A stretch of 63,554 nt of DNA, counting the filler. It is 6 parts of 6 records of this genome, joined end to end, with 100 filler letters (N's around TTAATTAATTAA, not from the genome) between each part and the next. Parts side by side here need not be neighbours in the genome. Positions count along the whole stretch, not along the records: positions 1 to 8,426 come from SRR2962707_4424; positions 8,527 to 19,388 come from SRR2962707_4425; 4 more parts are not named here. One strand, given 5' to 3'. The notes under the pieces are model-generated. The model searched no databases and had not been told where the DNA came from. It was given only the letters and a program-made list of their open reading frames with translations. This document shows positions 1 through 8,613 of this stretch, piece after piece; position 1 is the stretch's first letter; every line of letters begins with the position of its first letter. A program made the translations under genes and the position numbers.

Positions 1-1
1 G

Positions 2-244
2 TTCTTCCTGCATTTCGCATCCGATAGCGGTCTGGTTGTTGATTGCTATAGCGACCAAGCCAAAGGTGAAATGGCGACCATTAATCGCAAAACCATGATC
101 ACGAAAGTCACCCTGAAGCCAAACGTCACCTATGGCGGCAATCCGCCCGACGCCGACCTTGAATCCGATCTGCATCACCGCGCCCATGAAGCCTGTTTTC
201 TGGCCAATTCGGTTAAGACCGAAATCACGGTTGAACCGGTTTAG
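2..244 (+). CDS. OsmC/Ohr family protein, 3' partial
   Basis: Manual frame-2 translation ...ITKVTLKPNVTYG...LHHRAHEACFLANSVKTEITVEPV*; the H-x-x-C-F-x-A-N-S-V motif is typical of OsmC-like proteins. Confidence 0.8.
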   Translation, partial: FFLHFASDSGLVVDCYSDQAKGEMATINRKTMITKVTLKPNVTYGGNPPDADLESDLHHRAHEACFLANSVKTEITVEPV

Positions 245-249
245 AAACC

Positions 250-1044
250 TTAACCCGCCACTGGTTTTTGCGCACAGATGGCATAGCGATGCTGCGCACC
301 ACGTTCCAGCCCCTTGGCGAAACTGATATGTTTTTTCTGGGCGCTGTGAATTTTTTTCAGGTCGAAATCAACGGCAATCGGATCAAATCCGGTGTGTTTA
401 AGCAGATTTGAAACCTCATCCGCCCGCGCACCGTTGGAAAAATGCACCCGTGCAAGAATATCGCGGTGTGTCTGCATATGCGGCACACCTTCTACGGGTT
501 TGCGCAAACCAAGCTGTTCAAGGAACCCTGCCATTGCCTTGTTGAATTTGCTCGCCCAGGTCGATGAAACAAAATCGCCATCCACCACCAAAAGCTTGCC
601 GCCCGGTTTAAGAACGCGAAACCATTCTGCAAAGGCAGCCGCAGGATCAACCAACGTCCACACCAGATGGCGGGTAACGATCACGTCGTAGCTGTCATCT
701 TCTTCAAGTGTTCTTTCCGCATCGCCCAGCAAGAACCGAATGTTCGAGCCGCGCAATTTTGACTTTGCACGCGCCTTTTCAAGCATGGCTTCGGACCAGT
801 CCATACCAGTCACGGCGAATCCAAGATCATGCATAAGATGGCTGATCACACCGGTACCACTTGCCAGATCAAGTGCCTTTCGGCCGTCACCCTTGCCAAA
901 ATGACGCTCAAACAACCCATGCCATGCCAGCCGTTCGGCATCGGAAAAAATCTCGTGACCGGGCTGCTCATCGAAGGTCGTAGCGCGCATTGACCAATAT
1001 TCCTTGATCTCTTCACGCAGATTGTAATTGCTCGTCTGTTGCAT
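250..1044 (-). CDS. Class I SAM-dependent methyltransferase
   Basis: 264 aa ORF; motif I ALDLASGTG, GMDWSEAML, and YDVIVTRHLVWTL...LKPGG. Confidence 0.9.
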   Translation of the reverse strand: MQQTSNYNLREEIKEYWSMRATTFDEQPGHEIFSDAERLAWHGLFERHFGKGDGRKALDLASGTGVISHLMHDLGFAVTGMDWSEAMLEKARAKSKLRGSNIRFLLGDAERTLEEDDSYDVIVTRHLVWTLVDPAAAFAEWFRVLKPGGKLLVVDGDFVSSTWASKFNKAMAGFLEQLGLRKPVEGVPHMQTHRDILARVHFSNGARADEVSNLLKHTGFDPIAVDFDLKKIHSAQKKHISFAKGLERGAQHRYAICAQKPVAG

Positions 1045-1134
1045 GGTAGGCGGGTCTCTCTCTTTGGCGGAAAACTGCGGTAGTTACAGGTTATTCCTGC
1101 TTTATTACCGAACATTCAATTAGAAAAATATGCT

Positions 1135-1181
1135 ACTGATTTGCACTTTCATTGCGAAACATATTGATTTGCATTCTCAAT
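1135..1181. promoter_or_regulatory. Two tandem Fur-box-like 19-mers
   Basis: ACTGATTTGCACTTTCATT (1135-1153) and ATTGATTTGCATTCTCAAT (1163-1181) are near-repeats, the second an imperfect 9-1-9 palindrome, in the divergent promoter region. Confidence 0.55.
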
Positions 1182-1227
1182 ACCTGATAATCCCTCCGGC
1201 AGGCAATCCTATTTTGAGGGAACGGGA

Positions 1228-2358
1228 ATGAAATTATTCGGTGCATTTGCAGCGCTGACCATGCTGATCGCAGGAAGCGCACAGGCAGCAGACTCGGTGA
1301 CGGTAACCGATGTTGCCGGACGGGAAGTTTCGGTCAAACTGCCGGTAGAGCGCGTTATTCTGGGTGAGGGCCGCCTGATTTATGGTCTGGCAACACTTGA
1401 TAGCGAAGATCCGTTCAAACGCGTTGTCGGCTGGCGCGACGACCTGAAAAAGGCCGATCCGCAGACTTACGACATCTATGCTTCAAAATATCCGAACATT
1501 GACGATATCCCGACCTTTGGCGGCATGAAAGACGGCACGTTTGATGTCGAACAGGCAATTTCGGTCAATCCCGATGTCGTCATCATGAACCTTGAAGCCA
1601 AGGGTGCTACCGAAGATGGCGGTTTTGACGAAAAACTGGCCGCTGTTGGTATTCCGCTGGTCTATATCGATTTCCGCGAAGCACCGATCAAAAACACCGA
1701 TACCAGCATGAACATTCTTGGCCTGCTGACCGGTCAGGAAGATCGTGCTGCTGAATTCATCAAGTTCCGTTCTGACAGCATCAAGAACGTGACCGACCGT
1801 ATTGCCAAGGCAAACCCGGAAAAGCCGCAGGTGTTTATTGAACGCGCTGCAGGCTATTCAGAAGAATGCTGCATGTCATTTGGCAATGAAAACTTCGGCA
1901 CCATGGTTGAAATGGCCGGTGGCGTAAACATCGCAGCGGCGATCATTCCCGGCACCTTTGGCACGATCAATCCCGAACAGGTTGTCGCATCCAATCCAGA
2001 TCAGGTCGTTGCGACCGGTGCAAGCTGGGAAGCCTATTCGCCCGGTGGTGCATGGGTTGGCCTTGGTCCGGATGCAGACATGACCGAAGCCCGTCGTAAA
2101 CTGGTTGGCCTGATGGAACGTCCGGCCTTCACCGGTATCAAAGCTGTTGAAAACAAACAGGTCCATGCGGTTTGGCATCAGTTTTACAACAGCCCATATC
2201 AGTTTGTTGTGATTGAACAGATGGCCAAATGGTTCCACCCGGACCTGTTTACCGATCTCGACCCGGAAGCAACGTTCAAGGAACTGCATGATCGCTTCCT
2301 GCCGCTGGATTACCAGCCGGGTTACTTCATATCAATCAGTGATACCGCCACAAATTGA
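1228..2358 (+). CDS. Periplasmic binding protein, Fe-siderophore/heme/cobalamin (TroA-like) ABC family
   Basis: Signal peptide, VTDVAGREV...PVERV, INPEQVVASNPD, IKAVENKQV motifs. Confidence 0.9.
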   Translation: MKLFGAFAALTMLIAGSAQAADSVTVTDVAGREVSVKLPVERVILGEGRLIYGLATLDSEDPFKRVVGWRDDLKKADPQTYDIYASKYPNIDDIPTFGGMKDGTFDVEQAISVNPDVVIMNLEAKGATEDGGFDEKLAAVGIPLVYIDFREAPIKNTDTSMNILGLLTGQEDRAAEFIKFRSDSIKNVTDRIAKANPEKPQVFIERAAGYSEECCMSFGNENFGTMVEMAGGVNIAAAIIPGTFGTINPEQVVASNPDQVVATGASWEAYSPGGAWVGLGPDADMTEARRKLVGLMERPAFTGIKAVENKQVHAVWHQFYNSPYQFVVIEQMAKWFHPDLFTDLDPEATFKELHDRFLPLDYQPGYFISISDTATN

Positions 2359-3419
2359 TGACAACCAAACAGATTTCTGTCGAAGCCGGGAGCGTGCATT
2401 ACAAGGCACGCTCCCTGCGTCGTTTCTTGATCCTTCTCGGAATGAGCGGGGCCTTGTTTTTGTCTTTTGCTGTCGATCTGGCAACCGGACCGGCGAACTA
2501 TCCGCTATCGGACGTGATTGCCACCCTGCTTGATCCGTGGTCGGCCAGCGATCAGATGCGCGTGGTCATCTGGGATATCCGCATGCCGGTTGCCCTGATG
2601 GCCCTGACAGTGGGGGCTGCCCTTTCAACGGCTGGTGCGCAAATGCAAACCATCCTTGCCAACCCGCTTGCCAGCCCCTTCACGCTGGGCATTTCGGCAG
2701 CTGCCGGATTTGGCGCGGCTTTGGCGCTGGTTCTGGGTGTTGCTCTCCTGCCCGCCTTTGTTGATTTCATCATTCCGATCAATGCCTTCATCATGGCGAT
2801 GGGCGCAGCATTGATCATTCATTTCTTCAGCCGCCTGCGCGGTGTGACGGTTGAAACCATTGTTTTGCTTGGCATTGCGCTGGTCTTTACCTTCAACGCG
2901 TTGTTGGCGTTGTTGCAGTATCTGGCCAGCGAGCAGGCCTTGGCCGCCGTTGTCTTCTGGACCATGGGCAGCCTGGTGAAAGCAACTTGGACAAAGGTTG
3001 CCGTTACCGCCGCCGTTGTGGTCATTGCCCTTCCGTTATTTGCCCGTCAGGCCTGGGCACTTACCGCGCTTCGACTGGGCGATGCAAAGGCAGAAAGTTT
3101 TGGCGTCAATGTGCAGGGACTTCGCCTGCGAACCATGCTGATCGTCAGTCTGTTGGCGGCAATCCCGGTCTCCTTTGTCGGCACCATCGGCTTTATCGGT
3201 CTGGTTGGACCGCATATTGCCCGAATGCTGGTCGGTGAAGATCAACGCTTCTTCCTGCCGGCATCGGTCCTGTGCGGCGCTTTGATCTTGTCCGCCACAT
3301 CGGTTCTCTCGAAATTGCTGATCCCGGGTGCAATCCTGCCAATCGGGGTGATTACGGCCCTTGTCGGTGTCCCGTTCTTCTTCTCGCTGATTTTCACAAG
3401 TCGGAGGAAATCATGGTAA
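2358..3419 (+). CDS. FecCD/BtuC-family ABC permease
   Basis: DIRMP, NPLASPFTLGISAAA, GTIGFIGLVGPHIAR, LPIGVITALVGVPFF. Confidence 0.93.
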   Translation: MTTKQISVEAGSVHYKARSLRRFLILLGMSGALFLSFAVDLATGPANYPLSDVIATLLDPWSASDQMRVVIWDIRMPVALMALTVGAALSTAGAQMQTILANPLASPFTLGISAAAGFGAALALVLGVALLPAFVDFIIPINAFIMAMGAALIIHFFSRLRGVTVETIVLLGIALVFTFNALLALLQYLASEQALAAVVFWTMGSLVKATWTKVAVTAAVVVIALPLFARQAWALTALRLGDAKAESFGVNVQGLRLRTMLIVSLLAAIPVSFVGTIGFIGLVGPHIARMLVGEDQRFFLPASVLCGALILSATSVLSKLLIPGAILPIGVITALVGVPFFFSLIFTSRRKSW

Positions 3420-4237
3420 CGCTTCGTCTGGAAGATATCGGAACCCGTTACGGTAAAGTGCAGGTGGTTTCGGGGGTCACAACCCCGGTCATCCAACCTG
3501 GCACCGTAACCGCGGTTATCGGCCCAAATGCGGCTGGCAAATCCAGCCTGTTTAAACGCATTGCCGGATTGGCGCGCGGCACAGGCAAGGTTGATCTTGG
3601 TCAGGCATCCCTGCAGCGCAATACCATCTGCTATATGCCCCAGGATACCGGATCCACTGCGGTCCTGTCGGTCTATGAGTCCGTGATCCTTGCCGCCAAG
3701 CAGGGATCAAGCCTGCGCGTACAGGCCGAAGAACTTGATCGCATTGATGACATTCTGGCAGCTTTGCGAATCTCCGATCTGGCTGGACGTAATCTGGGCG
3801 AGCTCAGTGGTGGACAACGCCAACTGGTTGCCATTGCCCAAACACTGGTGCGGGATCCGAAAATCCTTTTGATGGATGAACCGACCTCGGCGCTTGATCT
3901 GCATCGCCAGATGGAAGTCCTTTCTTTCATGCGCGATGTTGCCAAGGGTCAGAACATCATTGTCCTGATCGCCATCCATGACCTGAACCACGCGCTGCAA
4001 TATTGTGATCAGGCAATGGCGATCCGCGATGGCAAGATGGTGGCATTTGGCCCTTGTGCGGACGTGATTGACCGGGATTTGTTGCGCGATGTCTATCAGG
4101 TTGATGGCCATGTTGAACGCAACTCGCTGGGTCACCCCCATATTGTCCTGCGCGGCCCAAGTGATGAAACAGATAGCCGTCACGGCACGGCCATCATGCA
4201 CAATCCCCGAACAGGGTCACAGTTGGCTGCTCAATAG
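3413..4237 (+). CDS. ABC ATPase (FepC/BtuD-like)
   Basis: Walker A GPNAAGKS, LSGGQRQ, LLMDEPTSALD, H-loop; ATG 3413 follows GGAGG. Confidence 0.93.
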   Translation: MVTLRLEDIGTRYGKVQVVSGVTTPVIQPGTVTAVIGPNAAGKSSLFKRIAGLARGTGKVDLGQASLQRNTICYMPQDTGSTAVLSVYESVILAAKQGSSLRVQAEELDRIDDILAALRISDLAGRNLGELSGGQRQLVAIAQTLVRDPKILLMDEPTSALDLHRQMEVLSFMRDVAKGQNIIVLIAIHDLNHALQYCDQAMAIRDGKMVAFGPCADVIDRDLLRDVYQVDGHVERNSLGHPHIVLRGPSDETDSRHGTAIMHNPRTGSQLAAQ

Positions 4238-4375
4238 AAAGGCTCGTCTTTCCGTCTGATTAAAAACTTTGCATTTGAGGAATTTTCTGCTTCCATGGCC
4301 GCATGATGATCTCGCACCGCAATTGCACCCGGTCTTGTGCTTTTGCGGTGCGATCCATGCTTCAGGAGGCAGAAC

Positions 4376-5767
4376 GTGCAGACCGCCGCGCCATTTAGTT
4401 TCGAACGCTTTACCTTTCCCGACCTCAAAACCCTGCTGGCAAAGGCAAGCCCGTTGCGATCTGGCGATGTTTTGGCAGGTCTTGCTGCCGGATCGGATGA
4501 AGAACGGGTGGCGGCACGCTTTGCATTGGCCGATGTGCCGCTTAAACGCTTTCTAAGCGAAGTCCTTGTTGCCTATGAGGATGACGATGTGACCCGCATG
4601 ATCATTGATGATCATGATATGGGTGCCTTTGCACCTGTCGCATCGCTGACCGTTGGTGATTTTCGCAATTGGCTTTTAAGTGACGACGCAACGCCCGAGG
4701 TTCTTAAAAACCTTGCCCCCGGTCTGACGCCGGAAATGGTTGCCGCCGTTTCCAAACTCATGCGCAATCAGGACCTGATTTCTGTGGCAAAGAAATGCCA
4801 TGTGATCACGGCTTTTCGCAATACGGTCGGGCTTCCCGGCCACCTTTCGGTCCGTTTGCAGCCCAACCATCCAACTGATGATCCCGCCGGTGTTGCCGCA
4901 TCGATCCTTGATGGCCTGATGCACGGCAGCGGTGATGCCGTAATTGGCATCAATCCGGCGACCGACAGCCCCGAAGCCATGATCGATCTTTTGAAACTGA
5001 TTGATGAGGTCCGGGAACGGATCGATATCCCGACCCAGTCCTGCGTCCTGTCGCACGTTACAACCGCCATTGACGTGATGGCGCGCAATGCCCCGGTTGA
5101 TCTGGTGTTTCAATCCATTGCCGGCACGCAAAAGGCCAATGAAAGCTTTGGCATCACCCAATCGATGTTGGCCGAGGCCGAAGACGCCGCCAAGGGGCTT
5201 AAACGCGGCACGGTCGGCAACAATGTGATGTATTTTGAAACCGGACAGGGGGCGGCATTATCGGCAGACGCCCACGAAGGCATCGATCAGCAAACGGTTG
5301 AAACCCGTGCTTATGCGGTGGCGCGGAAATATTCCCCGCTTCTGGTCAATACAGTGGTCGGCTTTATCGGCCCGGAATATCTGTTTGATGGCAAACAAAT
5401 CACCCGTGCCGGTCTGGAAGACCATTTCTGTGGCAAGCTGCTTGGTGTGCCGATGGGTTGCGATGTTTGCTATACCAACCATGCCGAAGCCGATCAGGAT
5501 GACATGGATAACCTTCTGACCCTTTTGGGGGTTGCCGGATGTAATTTCGTCATCGGGGTGCCCGGTGCCGATGACATCATGCTGAATTATCAAAGTACCA
5601 GCTTCCATGATGCGATGTATCTGCGATCCGTGCTTGGCCTTGAACCGGCACCCGAATTTGCCGCATGGCTGCGCAAGATGGATATCCTTGACCATAATGG
5701 CCGAACCCGTCCGCAACTTGATGGGCAGGCTGCGCAGAACCTTCTAGCATGGTCGGGGGCCGCGTAA
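4376..5767 (+). CDS. eutB: Ethanolamine ammonia-lyase large subunit
   Basis: RSGDVLAG, RLQPNHPTDD, YFETGQG, VVGFIGPEYL, MGCDVCYTNH; GTG start 4376 after AGGAGG. Confidence 0.95.
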   Translation: MQTAAPFSFERFTFPDLKTLLAKASPLRSGDVLAGLAAGSDEERVAARFALADVPLKRFLSEVLVAYEDDDVTRMIIDDHDMGAFAPVASLTVGDFRNWLLSDDATPEVLKNLAPGLTPEMVAAVSKLMRNQDLISVAKKCHVITAFRNTVGLPGHLSVRLQPNHPTDDPAGVAASILDGLMHGSGDAVIGINPATDSPEAMIDLLKLIDEVRERIDIPTQSCVLSHVTTAIDVMARNAPVDLVFQSIAGTQKANESFGITQSMLAEAEDAAKGLKRGTVGNNVMYFETGQGAALSADAHEGIDQQTVETRAYAVARKYSPLLVNTVVGFIGPEYLFDGKQITRAGLEDHFCGKLLGVPMGCDVCYTNHAEADQDDMDNLLTLLGVAGCNFVIGVPGADDIMLNYQSTSFHDAMYLRSVLGLEPAPEFAAWLRKMDILDHNGRTRPQLDGQAAQNLLAWSGAA

Positions 5768-6540
5768 TGAGCACTCCGATCTTTAAGAAAACCCCAACTG
5801 GCCTTGATCCATGGAATGCGCTTCGCGTGCATACGGATGCGCGTATCGGCCTTGGCCGGGTCGGGGATGGATTACCAACCGAACGGTTGCTTGAATTCCA
5901 GATGGCCCACGCACGGGCACGGGATTCGGTTCATATGGCGTTTGACGCTGATGGCGTCCGGGCAAAGCTTGGCACGCTTGATCATCCGATAATTGATGTC
6001 CATTCCGCCGCGCCGGATCGGGCGACTTATCTACAGCGGCCGGACCTTGGCCGGTTGCTTGATGACGCGTCATATGACGGTTTGGCACAGCACAAACAGG
6101 ATTATGACGTCGCCTTCATTCTGGCCGATGGATTGTCCGCCCGTGCGACGCAGGATCATGGTGCAGAAACGCTTTCCATGATCCTTGATCGATTGGGTGA
6201 TAGTTGGTCGGTTGCCCCGATCACGCTGGCCACCCAGTCCCGCGTCGGGTTGGGTGATGAAATCGGGTCCGCACTCGGGGCAAAGCTTACCGTCATGCTG
6301 ATCGGCGAGCGTCCTGGTCTTTCAAGTGCGGATTCGCTTGGTGCCTATCTGACATGGGGGCCAAAACGCGGCCGATCAAATGCAGATCGAAACTGCGTTT
6401 CAAATATCCGCCCTGCCGGACTTAACCCGAAAAAGGCCGCTGAAAAGATCGCCTATCTTATGATCGAAGCCCGAAAATTGGGGCTTTCAGGTGTGGCGCT
6501 TAAAGATAATTCATCCAACACGCTTTTGATCGATGGATAA
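5767..6540 (+). CDS. eutC: Ethanolamine ammonia-lyase small subunit
   Basis: TDARIGLGR, YLQRPDLGR, ADGLSA, LIGERPGLSSADSLGAY, RNCVSNI; start overlaps eutB stop. Confidence 0.95.
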   Translation: MSTPIFKKTPTGLDPWNALRVHTDARIGLGRVGDGLPTERLLEFQMAHARARDSVHMAFDADGVRAKLGTLDHPIIDVHSAAPDRATYLQRPDLGRLLDDASYDGLAQHKQDYDVAFILADGLSARATQDHGAETLSMILDRLGDSWSVAPITLATQSRVGLGDEIGSALGAKLTVMLIGERPGLSSADSLGAYLTWGPKRGRSNADRNCVSNIRPAGLNPKKAAEKIAYLMIEARKLGLSGVALKDNSSNTLLIDG

Positions 6541-6542
6541 AT

Positions 6543-6582
6543 AAAAGGGGGGCGCAATCGTTTGCACCCCCCTTGCTTTTTT
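6543..6582. terminator. Likely bidirectional intrinsic terminator
   Basis: AAGGGGGGCGCA...TGCACCCCCCTT stem with A and T tails between convergent eutC and yciI. Confidence 0.7.
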
Positions 6583-6598
6583 GATCAGATCGAACTGT

Positions 6599-6883
6599 TT
6601 AGCCCTGCAGCGCTTCAAGCCCGTCTGCGACCATGACCGGATCAAATTCGGTTATGGTGTAATCGGCCAGATCATGTTGATGGAACGGATCATTGGTCAG
6701 TTCGGCTTCAAGGTCTTTGCGGTTACCTTTGGCCAAAATCACCCCGCCATCGCGCGGAACTTTGCGCCCGGATGCCAGAAACATCCCCTTGGCATAGCCT
6801 GCTTTCAACCAGCTGATATGACCTTCAATATGGGCATCAACCTGTTCAAGCGGCACTTTATAACTTAGCGAAACAACAAACAT
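6599..6883 (-). CDS. YciI family protein
   Basis: MFVVSLSY...HISWLKAGY...FLASGRKVPRDGGVIL...DPF. Confidence 0.85.
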   Translation of the reverse strand: MFVVSLSYKVPLEQVDAHIEGHISWLKAGYAKGMFLASGRKVPRDGGVILAKGNRKDLEAELTNDPFHQHDLADYTITEFDPVMVADGLEALQG

Positions 6884-6984
6884 CTTTGGATCCGGGAATG
6901 GGTTAACTGGACGGTCTGTGGCCAAAACTTGACAGTTCCGGACCAAATGACAAATCACGTTTTAGCGATCCGAAAACCACCCGA

Positions 6985-7413
6985 TCAGCTTGATTTTCCC
7001 GTCATCTGGGATAACAGACGGTCAATGCGATCGGCATGGGCTGCTTCGACGCGCGCCAGGCTTTCGAACCATGCGGCGACGTCTTCAAGTCCTTCTTCGC
7101 GGGCAATGCGGGCCATATCCGGATAGCTTGCCTCGGCCTCATTCTTTTCCAGGGCAATCGCGGCTTCAAGATTAAGCTTGGTCGTGCCAAGCGCCTTGCC
7201 GGTGACCGGGTCACCAACCGTTTCGAGAAATTCCAGATGGCCAAAGGCATGGCCTGTTTCAGCCTCGGCAGCGGTACGAAACAGCTCGGCGGCTTCAGCC
7301 TGACCTTCGATATCGGCCTGCTGGGCAAAATAAAGATAACGACGATTGGTTTGGGCTTCGGCGGCAAAAGCCGCGCGTAGATTTTGCTCGGTACGCGTTC
7401 CCTTAAGCGCCAT
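6985..7413 (-). CDS. Short rubrerythrin (no rubredoxin domain)
   Basis: LKGTRTEQNL..AFAAE..NRRY, ETGHA, YPDMARIAREEG, EAAH di-iron motifs. Confidence 0.9.
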   Translation of the reverse strand: MALKGTRTEQNLRAAFAAEAQTNRRYLYFAQQADIEGQAEAAELFRTAAEAETGHAFGHLEFLETVGDPVTGKALGTTKLNLEAAIALEKNEAEASYPDMARIAREEGLEDVAAWFESLARVEAAHADRIDRLLSQMTGKSS

Positions 7414-7626
7414 GTGCGCTGTCCTTTATTATTGTTCACACAGCATGTCTCGGTGCTGGTGAAAGACGTCAGAAAAAGGCGACAAAACCACAAGGTCCTG
7501 TCGCCTTCTTATGTGTCGTGAAATCCGCCGCCGTCAACCTAGGGAAGGGCAATTTGCGCCATCGCACTGTCTGATTTCATCAGTCTGTTACGCACCAACC
7601 TGTTACCGGGTTGGTTACAGCGATCT

Positions 7627-8067
7627 TTAAGCTGCATCCTGTGCTGCACGCTTGCGGCGCAGACGAAAGACAAGATCGACCGATGCCAATTCAGTCCCGT
7701 TGGGGATGTTGGGAATACCGGCAATTTGCACGGTTTCGGCCGGAATATCGGAAAGCATGCCGTCTTCTTCGCAATAAAAATGATAGTGCGGCACGGTGTT
7801 GGTATCGAAATAGGACCGACCGGAATCAATCACGATTTCATTGAGCAACCGGGCATCCGTGAATTGGTGCAACGTGTTATAGACCGTCGCCAAGGAGACC
7901 TTGATATTATTGGTCATGGCCTGGGAATGAAGCTGTTCGGCGGTGATGTGACGATGGCCGTCTTCAAACAGCAACCGCGCCAGTGCCAAACGTTGGCGTG
8001 TCGGGCGTAAACCGGCTTCTTTAAGCCTGTTCAGCACGTTGGTATATGGACGCGACGTGTATCCCAT
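7627..8067 (-). CDS. irr: Fur-family iron response regulator Irr
   Basis: GLRPTRQRLALARLLF, HITAEQL, SLATVYNTLHQFT, YFDTN..HYHF, L.DIP. Confidence 0.85.
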   Translation of the reverse strand: MGYTSRPYTNVLNRLKEAGLRPTRQRLALARLLFEDGHRHITAEQLHSQAMTNNIKVSLATVYNTLHQFTDARLLNEIVIDSGRSYFDTNTVPHYHFYCEEDGMLSDIPAETVQIAGIPNIPNGTELASVDLVFRLRRKRAAQDAA

Positions 8068-8154
8068 AAGCTTGCCCTTCAATTCCAATCGGGCCAAAAA
8101 TTGGCGCCCCTTTTAAATCTCCGGATAGATTAGACAAGACCTACAGGCCGTTCT

Positions 8155-8168
8155 TTGATTTTGATCAA
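8155..8168. promoter_or_regulatory. FNR/FnrL/FixK-type box
   Basis: Exact TTGAT-N4-ATCAA (TTGATTTTGATCAA) about 90 bp upstream of irr. Confidence 0.6.
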
Positions 8169-8204
8169 CTCCAATCAGAAGAAGCACAATTGTTCAAAAC
8201 AAAC

Positions 8205-8234
8205 AAAAAGGGCCGGTAAGAACCGACCCTTTTT
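8205..8234 (-). terminator. Intrinsic terminator
   Basis: AAAAAGGGCCGGT-AAGA-ACCGACCCTTTTT downstream of the partial NMO gene. Confidence 0.7.
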
Positions 8235-8260
8235 CTAAAATCTGTATGCCGCGTTTGGGC

Positions 8261-8426
8261 TTAATCGCCGACCATGATGCGGTCGACAAGTTCCTTAACC
8301 GTCGGAATATTGCCATTGGCATAGAACGGGTCTTCGCCAAACTTGTAGGCATTGTGGCCTGCAAACATCAGCTCGTTCTCAACCGCGGCACCGTGGGCAA
8401 TGTTCTGAAGCGTTTTCTGAATACAG
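8261..8426 (-). CDS. Nitronate monooxygenase-family flavin oxidoreductase, 3' partial
   Basis: Manual translation CIQKTLQNIAHG..VENELMFAGHNAYKFGEDPFYANGNIPTVKELVDRIMVGD*. Confidence 0.65.
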
Positions 8427-8526
8427 NNNNNNNNNNNNNNNNNNNNNNNNNNNNNNNNNNNNNNNNNNNNTTAATTAATTAANNNNNNNNNNNNNNNNNN
8501 NNNNNNNNNNNNNNNNNNNNNNNNNN
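8427..8526. other. Artificial contig spacer
   Basis: N44-TTAATTAATTAA-N44, stop codons in all six frames. Confidence 0.98.
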
Positions 8527-8582
8527 TCTCTTCTCTCCCTCCCTCCCTCCCTCCCTCTGTCGCTCTCTCCCTCGCTCTCTTT
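8527..8582. repeat. CT-rich microsatellite at contig edge
   Basis: tctcttctctccctccctccctccctccctct... Confidence 0.8.
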
Positions 8583-8613
8583 CGTGCCCGTTTTCCGGGA
8601 CTTGGCGTACGCC

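Noticed and set aside
4312-4327. Sigma54 promoter for eutBC (TCGCAC-N5-TTGCA)
   Set aside because: The near-invariant -24 GG is CG
8471-8482. Recurring TTAATTAATTAA as a biological repeat
   Set aside because: Always flanked by N44; it is an all-frame-stop assembly linker
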